Below are positions 28,901 through 36,600 of a stretch of DNA of 39,098 nucleotides, piece after piece (position 1 is the first letter of the stretch; each line of letters begins with the position of its first letter). This stretch comes from a virus (lineage: Duplodnaviria; Caudoviricetes): IMG/VR virus record IMGVR_UViG_3300020379_000927, positions 1 to 39,098 of that record; one strand, given 5' to 3'. The notes beneath the pieces were generated by a model, which saw only the letters and a list, made by a program, of their open reading frames with translations, was not told the origin of the DNA and did not search any database. Position numbers and translations under genes: made by a program.

Positions 28901-28991
28901 TCCAACAATACAGAGAAGATATTATAACGGTTTGAACTCTGAATTTGGATTAAGAAATACTGGTTCTATTAGAACTGTTAGTGGACTATAA
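13932..28991 (+). CDS. gp7: giant baseplate wedge initiator (gp7-like) virion protein, 5019 aa
   Basis: Between gp6 and gp8; N-terminal QLPEFV...FFKQYY, IKNARSFYQSKG and later YYQNLSYSIKS...VHPAG motifs of gp7-like proteins; many inserted beta-rich repeats. Confidence 0.8.
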   Translation: MSIGIDKRVQINKIVESQLPEFVRSDFPTTIEFFKQYYLSQEFQGGSTDLITNLDQYLKVDNLVPEVVHGTTTLIAPITNSDGIISVASTKGFPDTYGLLKIGNEIITYTSKGDFEFFGCIRGFSGVSGFDVGISTSLDNVNKEGLVFESTKAESHANGATVTNLSVLFIQEFYKTLKKTFLPGLEDNDFTKDLDVGNFIKNARSFYQSKGIEESIKILLRVLYGEESIVLDLEERLLKPSSAEFLRREVIIVDKISGDPQKLVGQTIFKSNDLGTNASVSEVEILTRNEKVYYKISLFVGYSDRDLIEGIFTIPGRTKVLEPVSIGSSVVSVDSTVGFAQTGYVLCGINSITYSSKTVNQFFGCTNIIENIDIGSDLRADETIYGYEDGDLTKRVDLRITGVISDFKTVSDISLVSEGERIFVKNVGESIPNPVSDKTYKEIFANSWIYNTSSRYQVLDISGSTISLGSSIDKSSLKLGDTIEILLRNSNTVAVSLAEITDINDSNNQIVVSGLSGFTPTLGLYYDIRRKLNKATSNGIEILEGNSNIISDVLNVYTDDDKEAYVATNSLPSYTIPSEVKVSIFENTGASANFDGYDADTQDYDIIKGSSSFGQSELITGDSVVYTSSAPLTVGDQKLVSGDVYYVEVVNNIPAKIRIYRSRAMIGNGADAIRFKAEGDAITATHTFTKELEYNKKLSANKILKTFPLGQDLFVSGKRETPVNDIGMLIDGVQIRTPISNDYIYYGPIDSVDVYNGGEDYDVINPPRLVVDNSLGAGTTALVEPVITGTVKQVFVDPHDFDILDVKALSLTGGNGTGCVLEPVISQRYRELLFDSRDIFFSGGLSIADETITFKTKHFLDNGDLIYYNSNGNPAIGVGLFGDVSNTASGRLATGAGYNIRVVNSSTIQLHTSYEDAIAGINTIGISTATNAAGIHKFRTGTKKTLQSVKVINPGFGYQYRKLHVKPADVSVGYAKINFKGHGFNDGDLVEYENSGTGYWQTSLDFVYSVAPVNRVRLNVSTGVYTFTVNYIDVGTNTTGESFIVGSKRYTMGALAVNTGLSKIYEIKVEDYLNASSIGGLDPTHSYYVLKVDDDSFRLADAGSTIGGALNRTNFERRDYVAFNSQGDGFQTFKFPDIKVNAEVSFGSTVTGSFNFTPVVTGEITDLYLYEKGTKYGSDILNLQKNPKITIENGKNALVSGSIVGGKIVDVAVLNRGKEYYSLPDVSVQATGITTTNLIGNGAVLRPIIVEGRLTDVLVINPGIGYTGSKVTFTVTPRGKNAKFEPRVRKLTLDNIYRQGNYSLNSEGEDSLHLSVHGYTSNIRDSFNDDGTKHSPIIGWAYDGNPIYGPYGYSDVSKLGPTVGIVTSGYVLDSTKVLDRPSTSVFPEGFFVDDWHYDGSGTLDEHNGRFCKTDEFPNGIYAYFASLQPSQQSNILTPSFPYFIGKTFRSPFISTNTTLTQEFDFNSSNLARNTFPYKVGDELADNDFIVESNEFLRQLTTVESVTTGVIDSLSVLDGGDGYKVGDFTNFDDSGTNGSGLRGQVKTIVGIGISSIDTELIRYENAVLTWKSSSQVVARFSPFFELGDGDAVSISGLSSSIVNLTDSFKIGITTDIIGLAQSMTYQPLVTGRIDDIYVNTIPKTVSIGSSIKINDDEIVKVLNIYDVGSILRVKRYGVGIAHTYGSKLDVLNNDITIPVKTEKFISTNDDFIYFNAHQSVGVGVTEGGGISVNYTVGETTKEVSIPTRSIYLPNHPFSNGQELTFTKRGTSTSLIVGIGTTANNLFNLPDVTTDTFTVYAINKGQNYIGLVTERTSIGSTSEGLYFHSNGSDDSEYLLKSNHAQVIGDIDRITATVTTDIGAATTSTHGLSNFDVVNLNVIPNTVVGVGSTAPLSLTFNNEFQKLLVNKIGFSSTGFDAWNSKITIPDHGYKTGDRVFYETNQAPSGLTDPCYYVYEVSSNEIHLGETLKDVQSKPPRVVGFSTFDGAGTDHSLSLINPQLKVSKNSKLSFNVSDTSLTGYALKFFYDKEFKNEFISSQDSSNFNISGVGTVGVGTTSTVSIAFSKTTPTQLYYAVEKGGYISTADPLVANYSEIKFVDSAYSGEYKIFGITSDTYKVSPTKIPELLSYQADQCEIIEYSTQSKTVSGAIKDIKVISKGQNYKKIPKFENVVSLNGKNANIVALSTSIARIKDVRILDIGYEYPSDKTLSPEAFVSPVIRIDDVDSIKGINVIDGGNQYLSAPDVVVYDPQSDIVVDETSLTASTPHQSISEINIVAPIQGLKSVNHRIVTINNSNGVGISSMTGGGSGIVTCILETPINGFVNPPFATGDEIFVEGVELFGEAGIGTQTNTNSSGIATGGDGYNSANYQYRFFKVDDYTNSNPAVLKYSVAGLTTNPGIAKTYQSGYANIINRKNYPVFEVIQERGLLLVNESVLVEEGNTFIERGLVIVESREDFIKIDGNYELKIGDRIKGSNTNISATVTNIVGNRAKFVVDYSNRQDYGWSDNIGKLNEDFQVIPNNDYYQNLSYSIKSPVPWDTLVNPVNRLVHPAGLKNFTDVGITSAVNVGIGTTIQATPVIVVDLMNDKRVDTINNFDFGRDYDARPELNPIKSKFATFQNTKLTDFTKCKSNRVLIHDDISGKFSSKGFQDVFTELEEVDGNFTKYVVQITDADTLDIQLSELAVLTTTNNAILVEKYSDFTNMRLGNFEATSDAFQRKSLNFLPTEKYDRDHDIKILKTEFITNAVKNESTSIGQIDLTGVNVKVAIAQTDTNNNISGFTTTTIAQFSDSDFNGFFADVLVQDDITKEINYGEIIVDFDGTNIFYAETYVDTLNISYSASQVGVLTARYDSGSIYFECENSTKRAINVSANIVGLGATIDNNGPIGVGTYRYAVPGQPVGAERSARLESTYHTGTSTPILVSRIDKRIDSSIKSLVRVSSNTESAIHQTVVMQDDGTATTIQYPFTGQSNSGLGTIGAVTSGNNIDINFYPDPSQTDLIEVQAYSEVFNTINDFQNTPSSLLIGPTEKSLLLSAYDGVNGTRANKVNFDLKHEEVPIYTKIFNPADTTQLNKVTGEFTIPNHFYNNNEQLTYTPGSTFVGVGSTAVSIGSTTNTSGITTDILPETVFVKVTDENKFKLFSRKEYISSGIAITFTGIGEGNAHKLDMTKKLSKTVIGLDGIVQQPITFTSIEHTLDSAIGAGTSQFVLSGISSVQPRDVLKVGPEYMKIEQVGFSSLPEGTINDSTDVALGICTLPVVRVNRGSLGIAATTHTDGALARVHRGSFNIIDSTVWFLDPPKGNTRTRRNDTNLPYVRSEFSGRTFLRSNYNTNMVFDDVSDVFTGIGKTYTMTVGGANTETGVGIGNGILFINGIFQTPLTLNNAGNNYEIESDSVAGISSVVFTGISSENGTFMQSDFDINQNQLPRGGLIVSMGSTPGLGYAPLVGANVKPNLKDNINLYAAGSIDKITGIGASSKYQLGIQTAAYDNTTGIITVTTNTVHGFALGYPNTVQLQNLEFKCPTDVVGPVVTGSTAYNASTGDLTLQINNHGLSNGDAIKFKTDSLTFTCAQDPSSPKTYPRATDPAHDTYLYISDVTTNTFKVNVLRGTLPTYTGAHTFVSATSDAVETIGGGGYVGVTTSIFQDHDGALPLVGIISERTFEVQVGLTSIRHIYHGGGSVYEYYNDLTFGSGYRNPVSIGVTDIQFEHKFVSSNTNSITANTGTQYTPETVDYISSTGELILTLGDNHGLTAANVVEIANATYNPTSGAMTITAGVLTNGHGFSDGDYVKIKDNSITFTCSMDGNATNHTYPRPSDPISGKWVTISNVTQFTFDINVGASSEVTFTPTFAEYDPTTGLMEITIGTHTLKPGTSIKLDQESIKFTCDVDNNQAEKAYPRASDPFYDTAIKIESVTDNTITIQTLTTVPSTNTARHTFSSANANAVKTGGNYTHAYVPGQAAALTAITRASNTLTVGTGSLNFTCSRDDHDSIHSYPRSTDPAAGQTLGIEGVTNNTVTINVGSGGGGGTGAIISTKVATNKHKFVNSIGTHIFKGTKKWDAITIGTTKKSVSDATYDPETGVLELTIGSHSYTTSDTLTIAPKALIFTCDADDHATLHSYPRTSDPAYNTTLPITAITGTTVTVNVGAPHQKDGVTVSYGTTTASSANYDPATGELVIISNNHGVSGASTITPTNASYVKNTGNLTLTKAGHGYAIGDKILIEDYGLTFTCTKDNNQTEHRYPRPTDYASGKWLEIYASTTNTFKVNVNPSPSASQFTHTFVPAKTVSGCIQKSNANVGIVTGSLSFKCAQDAYQTVHQYPRITDPAYNTDLPVGKVTINTMRLQVGKSPAGTGGALDFTINNRGAKYVNPTIVTPEPIYENMPIVGISRLGVGKTEDTGKNLLLNLNVGAATTNVGIARSMFEISEFDIARAGYSFSVGDKFKPQGLVVDKRLQKPLQEFELEVVSTFNDFFAAWQFGELDFIDDISPMQTGNRTRFPLFRNGQLLSFEVDEESALGESIDLNAVLVIFVNGVMQTPNVAYQFSGGTTFTFTEAPSEKDKVDVFFYKGEDGVDVEIVNINETIKIGDDIHITRNPAFTDTIDQETDRIIKDILGSDLVETTLYRGVGINESTFKPLDWTKQKEDKIIKGELISKAREIIEPQIYPTAKVIGDVNTTTGNSGIGGFFVDDAESFFYEDDTNPALDTADRYNVNITAIDALLMSSSSSVAAAITATVSSKGDISGLTIVESGSGYVGSAVTLSIAAPIGVGIGTTVKNEFAQVGVSTFAEATANIVDGKVDSITIDNIGLGYTHTNPPQVIIKKPLYQTEKMTSFDNVEGYTGIITGISTAQGSGGAGTKALKFFFTSHKSNANKLAVGYPLLIKDTTIGSGVTSVDGHDNSVVAIGTHFLDNIYKVHTFTQLSDFRAEITCDILSTTNTTGFAQTGYYDITNIGLTTSLGTISWGRIYNGTRSTSPISIGVTGLTVDSGLSTYPTIQRRYYNGLNSEFGLRNTGSIRTVSGL

Positions 28992-29000
28992 AATTATGTC

Positions 29001-29008
29001 TATAAATA
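29001..29008 (+). promoter_or_regulatory. T4 late promoter
   Basis: TATAAATA 25 nt upstream of gp8. Confidence 0.85.
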
Positions 29009-29033
29009 AAGAAAAAAAGTTTAGTTAATAATC

Positions 29034-30632
29034 ATGCCAGCAATTGTTACTGATCAGTTTAGAATTCTGAACGCAAATAATTTTGTTGAATCAGTAGAAG
29101 CAGATCAAAATTCGTATTACGTTTTTATTGGTTTACCAAACCCAACAGGAACTCCAACACCTAGCGTGAGTGTTGGATATGGTAGATCCAGTGATTGGAA
29201 TAAAACGAATTCAACACCAAAACCTCTTGATAGTTTTTCTAGTAATGCTCATGTGGGTGATACTATGATGTTTGGTAAGAGAATTGCTTCTGCCAACATA
29301 AGAAGAATTGTTAGAAGAATAGATTGGACTGCTGGTAAGAAATATGAAATGTATCGTGATGATTATTCAACTGAAGCAGGTGCTCAGAGTCCAATAAACG
29401 ATTCTAGTAGATTATATGGTGCAAGTTATTATGTAATGAACTCCGAGTTCAAAGTGTATATTTGTATTTCAAATGGTTCTAGTGGTGATAATCAATCTGG
29501 AAACATTTCTCAAGATGAACCAACATTTACTGATTTAGAACCTTCTAGAGCTGGTACTAGTGGTGATGGATATGTTTGGAAGTATCTATTTACAGTTTCT
29601 CCTGCAGATATATTGAAATTTGATTCAACTGAATATATTACTGTTCCGAATAATTGGTCAACAAGTACAGATTCTCAGATTCAAGCAGTTAGAGAAAATG
29701 GAAATTCTACCCTTAACGGAAACCAAATAAAATTTATTTACATAGAAGATGCAGGTGGTAAATATGCAGATGGTTTAGGTCAAGAAGTTGACATATTAGG
29801 TGATGGTACTGGTGGTAAAGCTAGGGTTGATGTAGTGGGTGGAAAAATAACCAACGCTACTGTTAGTTCTGGTGGAACTGGATATACTTATGGTCTAATT
29901 GACTTAGGTGCATTACAAGATGCTGCTCATCCATCGAATCAGAGAGCAAAACTTATACCAATTATACCACCATCTTTAGGTCATGGATATGATCTGTATA
30001 AGGAGTTGGGTACTGATAGGGTTTTGATATATGCAAGATTTGATGATTCTACAAAGGATTTTCCATCTGATACTAAATTTTCACAAGTTGGTATAGTTAA
30101 AAATCCAACACAGGTTGGAACCGCTAATACTTATAGTGAACCAACATTTTCATCTTTAAATGCGTTTAAATTTAGTACTGTTTCTGGTGATGAACCTAAA
30201 GTTGGTGAACGTATAACTCAACTATTAGCATCTGGGCGAATTGCTCAAGCATATGTTGCTTCATATGATAAAGATACTAAAGTTATGAAATACTTTAGAG
30301 ATCGTTCTTTAAATTTCACTACTCCACTTAATAATCAAACAGATTATACTGGTATATCAACTTCAGGTGCAATTTATTCCTTTGAAGCATCCTCAAATGC
30401 AGTAAAAGGTGATAGTTCTAATTTCTCTGCAAGTATTGATACTGCATTTAGTGGAATAACTACAAATCCAACTGGAACTAAATTAATTGATTTGGGAATT
30501 ACATTCTCAAATGGGTTATCCAATCCAGAGATAAATAAAGGATCAGGGGAGATTGTTTACATAGACAATAGACCTTTGATTGCTCGTAATGAGAGACAAA
30601 AAGAAGACGTCAAAATCATCCTGGAATTCTAA
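29034..30632 (+). CDS. gp8: baseplate wedge subunit gp8
   Basis: AIVTDQFRI, VRRIDW..G..Y, YKVYICI-type motif (FKVYICI), DGYVWKYLF, SGEIVYIDNR..I.R...QKEDVKIILEF. Confidence 0.92.
   Translation: MPAIVTDQFRILNANNFVESVEADQNSYYVFIGLPNPTGTPTPSVSVGYGRSSDWNKTNSTPKPLDSFSSNAHVGDTMMFGKRIASANIRRIVRRIDWTAGKKYEMYRDDYSTEAGAQSPINDSSRLYGASYYVMNSEFKVYICISNGSSGDNQSGNISQDEPTFTDLEPSRAGTSGDGYVWKYLFTVSPADILKFDSTEYITVPNNWSTSTDSQIQAVRENGNSTLNGNQIKFIYIEDAGGKYADGLGQEVDILGDGTGGKARVDVVGGKITNATVSSGGTGYTYGLIDLGALQDAAHPSNQRAKLIPIIPPSLGHGYDLYKELGTDRVLIYARFDDSTKDFPSDTKFSQVGIVKNPTQVGTANTYSEPTFSSLNAFKFSTVSGDEPKVGERITQLLASGRIAQAYVASYDKDTKVMKYFRDRSLNFTTPLNNQTDYTGISTSGAIYSFEASSNAVKGDSSNFSASIDTAFSGITTNPTGTKLIDLGITFSNGLSNPEINKGSGEIVYIDNRPLIARNERQKEDVKIILEF
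30530..30537 (+). promoter_or_regulatory. possible internal late promoter (GATAAATA)
   Basis: ATAAATA about 100 nt upstream of the 2512-aa gene, inside the gp8 3' end. Confidence 0.4.
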
Positions 30633-30638
30633 AGAAAA

Positions 30639-33600
30639 ATGCCACAAAAGACAAATTTAAATATAAGTCCTTATTACGATGATTTTGATAAGGAAGATAA
30701 TTATTATAAAGTTCTGTTTAAACCAGGATTTCCAGTTCAAGCAAGAGAACTAACAAGTCTTCAGTCGATATTACAAAATCAACTAGAATCTTTTGGAAGT
30801 CATATATTCAAAGAAGGCTCTATGGTTATACCAGGAGCAGTTACATACGATAGTACATATTTTTCAGTAAAGGTAAATCCAGATCACCTTGGGGTTGATG
30901 TATCAATTTATCTTGATGCTTTAGTTAATAATAATAACGGAAAAGGAACTAAAGTTCGTGGTCAAAATTCTCAGGTAGTTGCAACTATAAAAAATTATCT
31001 TTTACCACCAGATGAAGGTGTAGAAGATATCACACTTTTTGTAAAATATACAGAATCTGGTGTTACTTCTGAAAGTACTGCATTTCCTAATGAAGAAATT
31101 CTAACACTTGAAGAGAATATTACTTATGGAAATACTACATTAAATGCTGGTGAAACAGTTTTAACAGTATTGTCTGAAAGTGCTACTAGTGTTGGATCTT
31201 CAGCAGGTGTTGATCATGGTGTTTATTTTGTAAGAGGAACATTTGTAAATGTTTCAAAATCAGTTGTGGTTCTTGAACCATATTCAAATAAGCCATCATA
31301 TAGAGTTGGTCTTGAAATATCTGAAACTGTTATTACTGCAAATGATGATTCATCTTTAAATGATAATGCAAAAGGATTCACTAATTATGCAGCACCTGGT
31401 GCTGATAGATTCCAAATAACTGCCAAATTAACTAAAAAGGCACTTTTAGATTTTGAAGATACTAATTTTGTAGAATTAATTAGAGTTAGAGATGGTGAAA
31501 TTAAAAAATTACAAGATACTTCAGTATATTCTGAAATTAAGAAGTATTTTGCTAAGAGAACATATGATGAATCTGGAAACTATGCAGTAAATCCATTTAG
31601 AGTTAATATTCAGAACTCTTTAAATGATGAAATTAGTTCAAATGGACTATACACAGAAAATCAAAAGACTGATGAAGGTAATGATCCTTCAGAAGACACT
31701 ATGTGTGTTAAGTTGTCTCCAGGTAAGGCATATGTTAGAGGATTTGATGTAACATTACCAGGAACTACAGTATTAGATGTAGATAAACCAAGAGATACGA
31801 AGACAATAAATCAGGCATTAGTTCCATTTAGAATGGGAAGTATTCTAAAAGTTAATAATGTTTCAAACACTCCTTGGGTGAATATTGGTGGAAGTACCGC
31901 TAATGTTATTGGTCTTTATAACAGAAGAAAGGATATTGGTGCGACTAATCCAGGTGCTGGACCTAGTGGTGCTATTAAGATTGGTGATGCTCGTGTATAT
32001 TCTTTTGGTTTATCGTCAGCAGGATATATTGGTGGATCTACTGAATGGGATCTTGCAATGTACGATATACAAACATATCAAATATTGCAAATTTCCAATC
32101 CAGGTGCAGATATTGCAGTAACTGTTCCAGAATCAAGTCGTGTTAGAGGACTTAGTAGTGGTGCAATAGGCTATGTTGCAGAATATACTCTCGGTAATAC
32201 AACAAATCAATCTGAAATTAATGTATACCAAACAACTGGAACATTTATTGAAGGAGAAAGACTGATATTTAATGAAGAAACTAAATCATCTAATTCATCT
32301 GTAATTAAGGTTAATGCTTATTCAACAGAAGATATTAAATCAGTTTATCAAGATTCTAATGGTTTAAATGCTACATTAGTTGGTGATTTTAGTGCTGATA
32401 CTGTTTTATATGACAAAATATTACCAAATTTTTCAATTGTTGATTCATTAATTGTTAGTGGTGCTGCAAACGGTAATAGTGCAAGTGCAACATCTCCTCG
32501 TAGAAGATTTTCAGGGCAAGTTGGTGTAAAGACAGATTCTATTGTAGGATACTCTACAAATATGGGAGATCAAACTTATAATAGAGTTGTTTCTATATCA
32601 GCAGATGGTTCATCTATGTCATTAGCACCTGTTAATACTATACCTGGTGTTAATAGTGGTAAAATTATTGCGGGTTTATCTACTTCTAATATATTCCGTC
32701 TTAAAGTACCTAAGATTATTAATCTATCTAATTCTGGATTATATGCTAAATTACCAAAAACAAATGTTTCTGCAGTAAATCTTTCAAATTCTACTTTAAT
32801 AATTCATAGGCAAGTAACAGGTAAAACTCCAAGTAGTAATACTTTAAATATTGATAGTTCTGACGTATTTGATGTTGCTTCAGGCATCACAAGTGCTTTC
32901 TTTGAAGCATATGATGAAGAAAGATATTCTATTCATTATAATGATGGAACTACAGAAACTTTAAGTGAAGATCAGGTTGTAATAACAAATTCTGGTAATA
33001 ATATTTCCTTTAATGGATTATCTAAAAATTCTCCTTGTACTGTAAATGTAACTCTGAAGAAAATTGGACTGACAACTAAATCTAAAGATTATGTTAGAAG
33101 TTCTAAGTTAGATGTAACTAGAATGGTAGGTGTATCTACTAATAGTGGTTTAACAGCAAATAAATTCTATGGATTGAGAGTTGAGGATAAAGAAATATCA
33201 TTAAACGTTCCAGACGTTGTTAAAATTCATGCAATATATGAATCAAAGGATAAGAGTTTACCATCTCTTGATAGATTGACTTTTGTTTCTGGTTTAGCCT
33301 TAGATACAAATACAGTTGTAGGTGAAAAAATTGTAGGTAAATCAAGTAGAGCAATTGGTCAAGTTGTTAATAGGGTATCAGCAACTGAGATTGAATTTGT
33401 ATATCTAAATGACAATACTTTTGCTAAAGGTGAATCAATAACATTTAAAGAATGTAATATTACAACCAATTTACAAGGAATAACTGCGGGTAACTATGTA
33501 AATAGGACTTCAAATTATAATTTGAATAAAGGTCATAAGAAGCAATATAGTGATTATTCTACTATTGTTAGAAAATCAAATTCATCTGTTCCTTCAAATA

Positions 33601-36600
33601 GATTATTAGTTATTTTTGATTACTATAAAACACAATCTACAGAAACTGGAGATGTGTTTACAGCCAATTCATATACAAAAGATAGATATACTACCGATGT
33701 TCCAAATGTGGCAAGAGATAGAGGAACTGATATCTTAGATTTTAGACCTAGAGTTAAACCATTTAATCCAACATTAACTTCAGGATCTCCATTTGATTTT
33801 AATAATAGAGTATTTGAATCAATAACAAAATATGTTGTTGCACCAAAAGAAAGTTCTACTCTTGGATATACTTACTATCTACCTAGAATAGACAAATTAG
33901 TTATTAATAAATTTGAAGAAGTAAAACTAATTAAAGGTGTTTCTGCAGATAATCCTGCACCACCTACAGAGCTTGGTCCATCTATGGAAGTAGCACAGAT
34001 AACGCTTCCACCATACTTATATGATCCTGTAAGAGGTCCAAAGATCAAGTTATATGATAATAGAAGATTTACCATGAGAGATATTGGTAATCTTGAAAAG
34101 AGAATTGATAACCTTGAGGTTATGACATCTCTTACTGCATTAGAATTAGATACTAAGTCATTACAAGTTAATGATGCTGATGGATTAAACAGGTTTAAGA
34201 CTGGATTTGTAGTAAATGATTTCAAAGATAGAAACTTTATAAACTTCAATAGAACACAGGGTTCTAGATGTGATGTTAATGTTGCTAATAAAGAACTTAT
34301 TAGTGCTGTTGATTTTTGGTCACTAAAAGCAGATTTGGCATTTGATCCATCTATAGATGATACTATAGTTGATAGAAGTGCAAATTTAAAATTACTTGAT
34401 GATAATTGCCAGAAAACTGGAGATCTAATTACATTAAAATATGATGAAGTTGCTAGTGAAATTAAGAACCTTCAAGCAACTCAAGTTGAAAATATTAACC
34501 CATTCAACGTTATTGTTTTTGCTGGTAGTGTTATTTTAGATCCACCATCAGATAACTGGACTAGAACGATTTATATTGATAATAATAGAACAGAATCTAC
34601 TGGAGCAACTTGGGCAGAGCAAGCAAATATAGTTTCAGATACAACTACAGTTGATACTGATATTGATGTAACTCAAGAAGAAGTTACACCAGAAGACAGA
34701 CCAGGACCAGGATGGTGGGACGGTAATCACGTTGATACTACAACCACAACCACAACTACTACAACTCATTCAGTAGAAACTTCATTTACTAATACAATTG
34801 AACCTCTTAGAGAGTTTGATTATGTTGAAAGTGTTAAAATAAGTGGTGCAACAGATCCATTCATGCGTTCTAGGAACGTTGCATTTAATGGAAATGGACT
34901 AAAACCATTTACAAAACATTATCGTTATCTTGATAGTGGAATTCCTGATGTATTTCCAAAGGTAACTGAAATTGAAATGATATCTGGAACATTTACCAAG
35001 TATGAAACTGTAATAGTACTTAGAAATGGTAAAGAAATTGGTAAAGCCAGAGTAATGGCTCCAGATCATAAGTATGGAGATGCAAGTGTAATTGCAGTTC
35101 CTATGGGAGAACCAAGTGGAATTAATGTATTAAATGGAAGTGTAGAAAATTATCAAGTTGATATATTTGATAGAACAAGACCTGCACCATCTAATGGGTA
35201 TTCATCCACCTCAAAATTACTTAATGTTGATGTTATTTCTTTAGCGAATGACGAATCTTATTATGGTTATGTGACAGAGGGTTGTTCAGTTGTTGGAGAA
35301 TCTAGTGGTGCAAGTGCAATTATAACAAATGCATCATTAATGGCAGATAATTGGGGAGATATTTTAGGAACTTTCTTCTTAAGAAATGCAAACCAAACAC
35401 CTATGCCACCTGTTTTATTCAGAACGGGAACAAAAACATTTAAGTTGACTGCTACATCTCCAGGAACAGTAACATTACCTGGAAGTACTGCACTCGCAAG
35501 TGATGCTACTGGTGTATACCATTCTACTGGAACGATTTTAACTCAACAAACATCTACAGTTGGAGTTAGAAATCCACCCGAACCTCCACAAAGACCTAAT
35601 GAGACTACAACTACTGTAAACGTTAATAGCACATCAGAGACTGTAAGAGTAGAAGCTCCTTATAGGGATCCTCTAGCACAATCCTTCAGGGTCGATGAAA
35701 CTGGTATGTTCTTAACTTCTGTTGATGTTTACTTTGCAAGTAAGGATCCAGCAGCTAAAGTATTTGTTGAGATTAGAGATGTTGAGTTGGGAACTCCAAC
35801 TAATTTCCTAGTACAAGATTATGCACAGGTTTCATTAAATCCAGGTGATATTACAACATCTATTGATGCATCTATAGCAACAAATATTAAATTCCCATCA
35901 CCAGTCTTTTTAGAAGGTGGTAAGGAATATGCAATAGTTTTCTTATCTCCAGCATCAGACTTGTATGAGATGTGGGTCTCAACTATGGGTCAGAAAACGG
36001 TTAGAACCGCAACTCTACCTGATGTTGAAAGTGTTGTTCATACTAAGCAATATATTGGAGGTAGTTTATTTAAATCTCAGAATGGTACTATTTGGACACC
36101 AAGTCAGTATCAAGATTTAACATTCCAGTTATATAAAGCAGAATTTGTTAATTCTGGTACAGTTACATTCTATAACAGTCCAGTTGAACCTGGTAATGAG
36201 AATACACAAGTATTACCTGACAACCCAATTAGAACTTTACCTAGAAAATTAAAGGTTAAACTCGATCCTGGTCTTGATACTGCTACTGATCCTATAGTAG
36301 TTGGTAGAAAGATGAGCACAGGTGCTGCTACAGATCCAGAAGATGGAAGTGTAACAGGTGTAATTGAAAATATACTTGGTCCTATTCTTGTATCAACACA
36401 ACCACAAATAGTTATGGGTGGAACTGGATATCAATATTTAAATCAGAATAATTCTAATCCAGATGCTGTAACTAAAGGTTCTGTACCACTTAAATCTTTA
36501 ACTAGTGATGGTTCTGGAGCAACAGCAACTCTTACTTATGACGCAACAGGAAAAATTACTGATATTACTAATATAACTGCTGGTAGTGGATATGCTGTTG

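Noticed and set aside
13932-28991. Intein or intron explaining the giant gene size
   Set aside because: Frame is continuous; no intein splice or homing-endonuclease motifs seen; size is explained by repeated beta-rich modules
11372-34249. Numerous short antisense or out-of-frame ORFs within structural genes
   Set aside because: Expected shadows of long coding frames; no RBS or motifs
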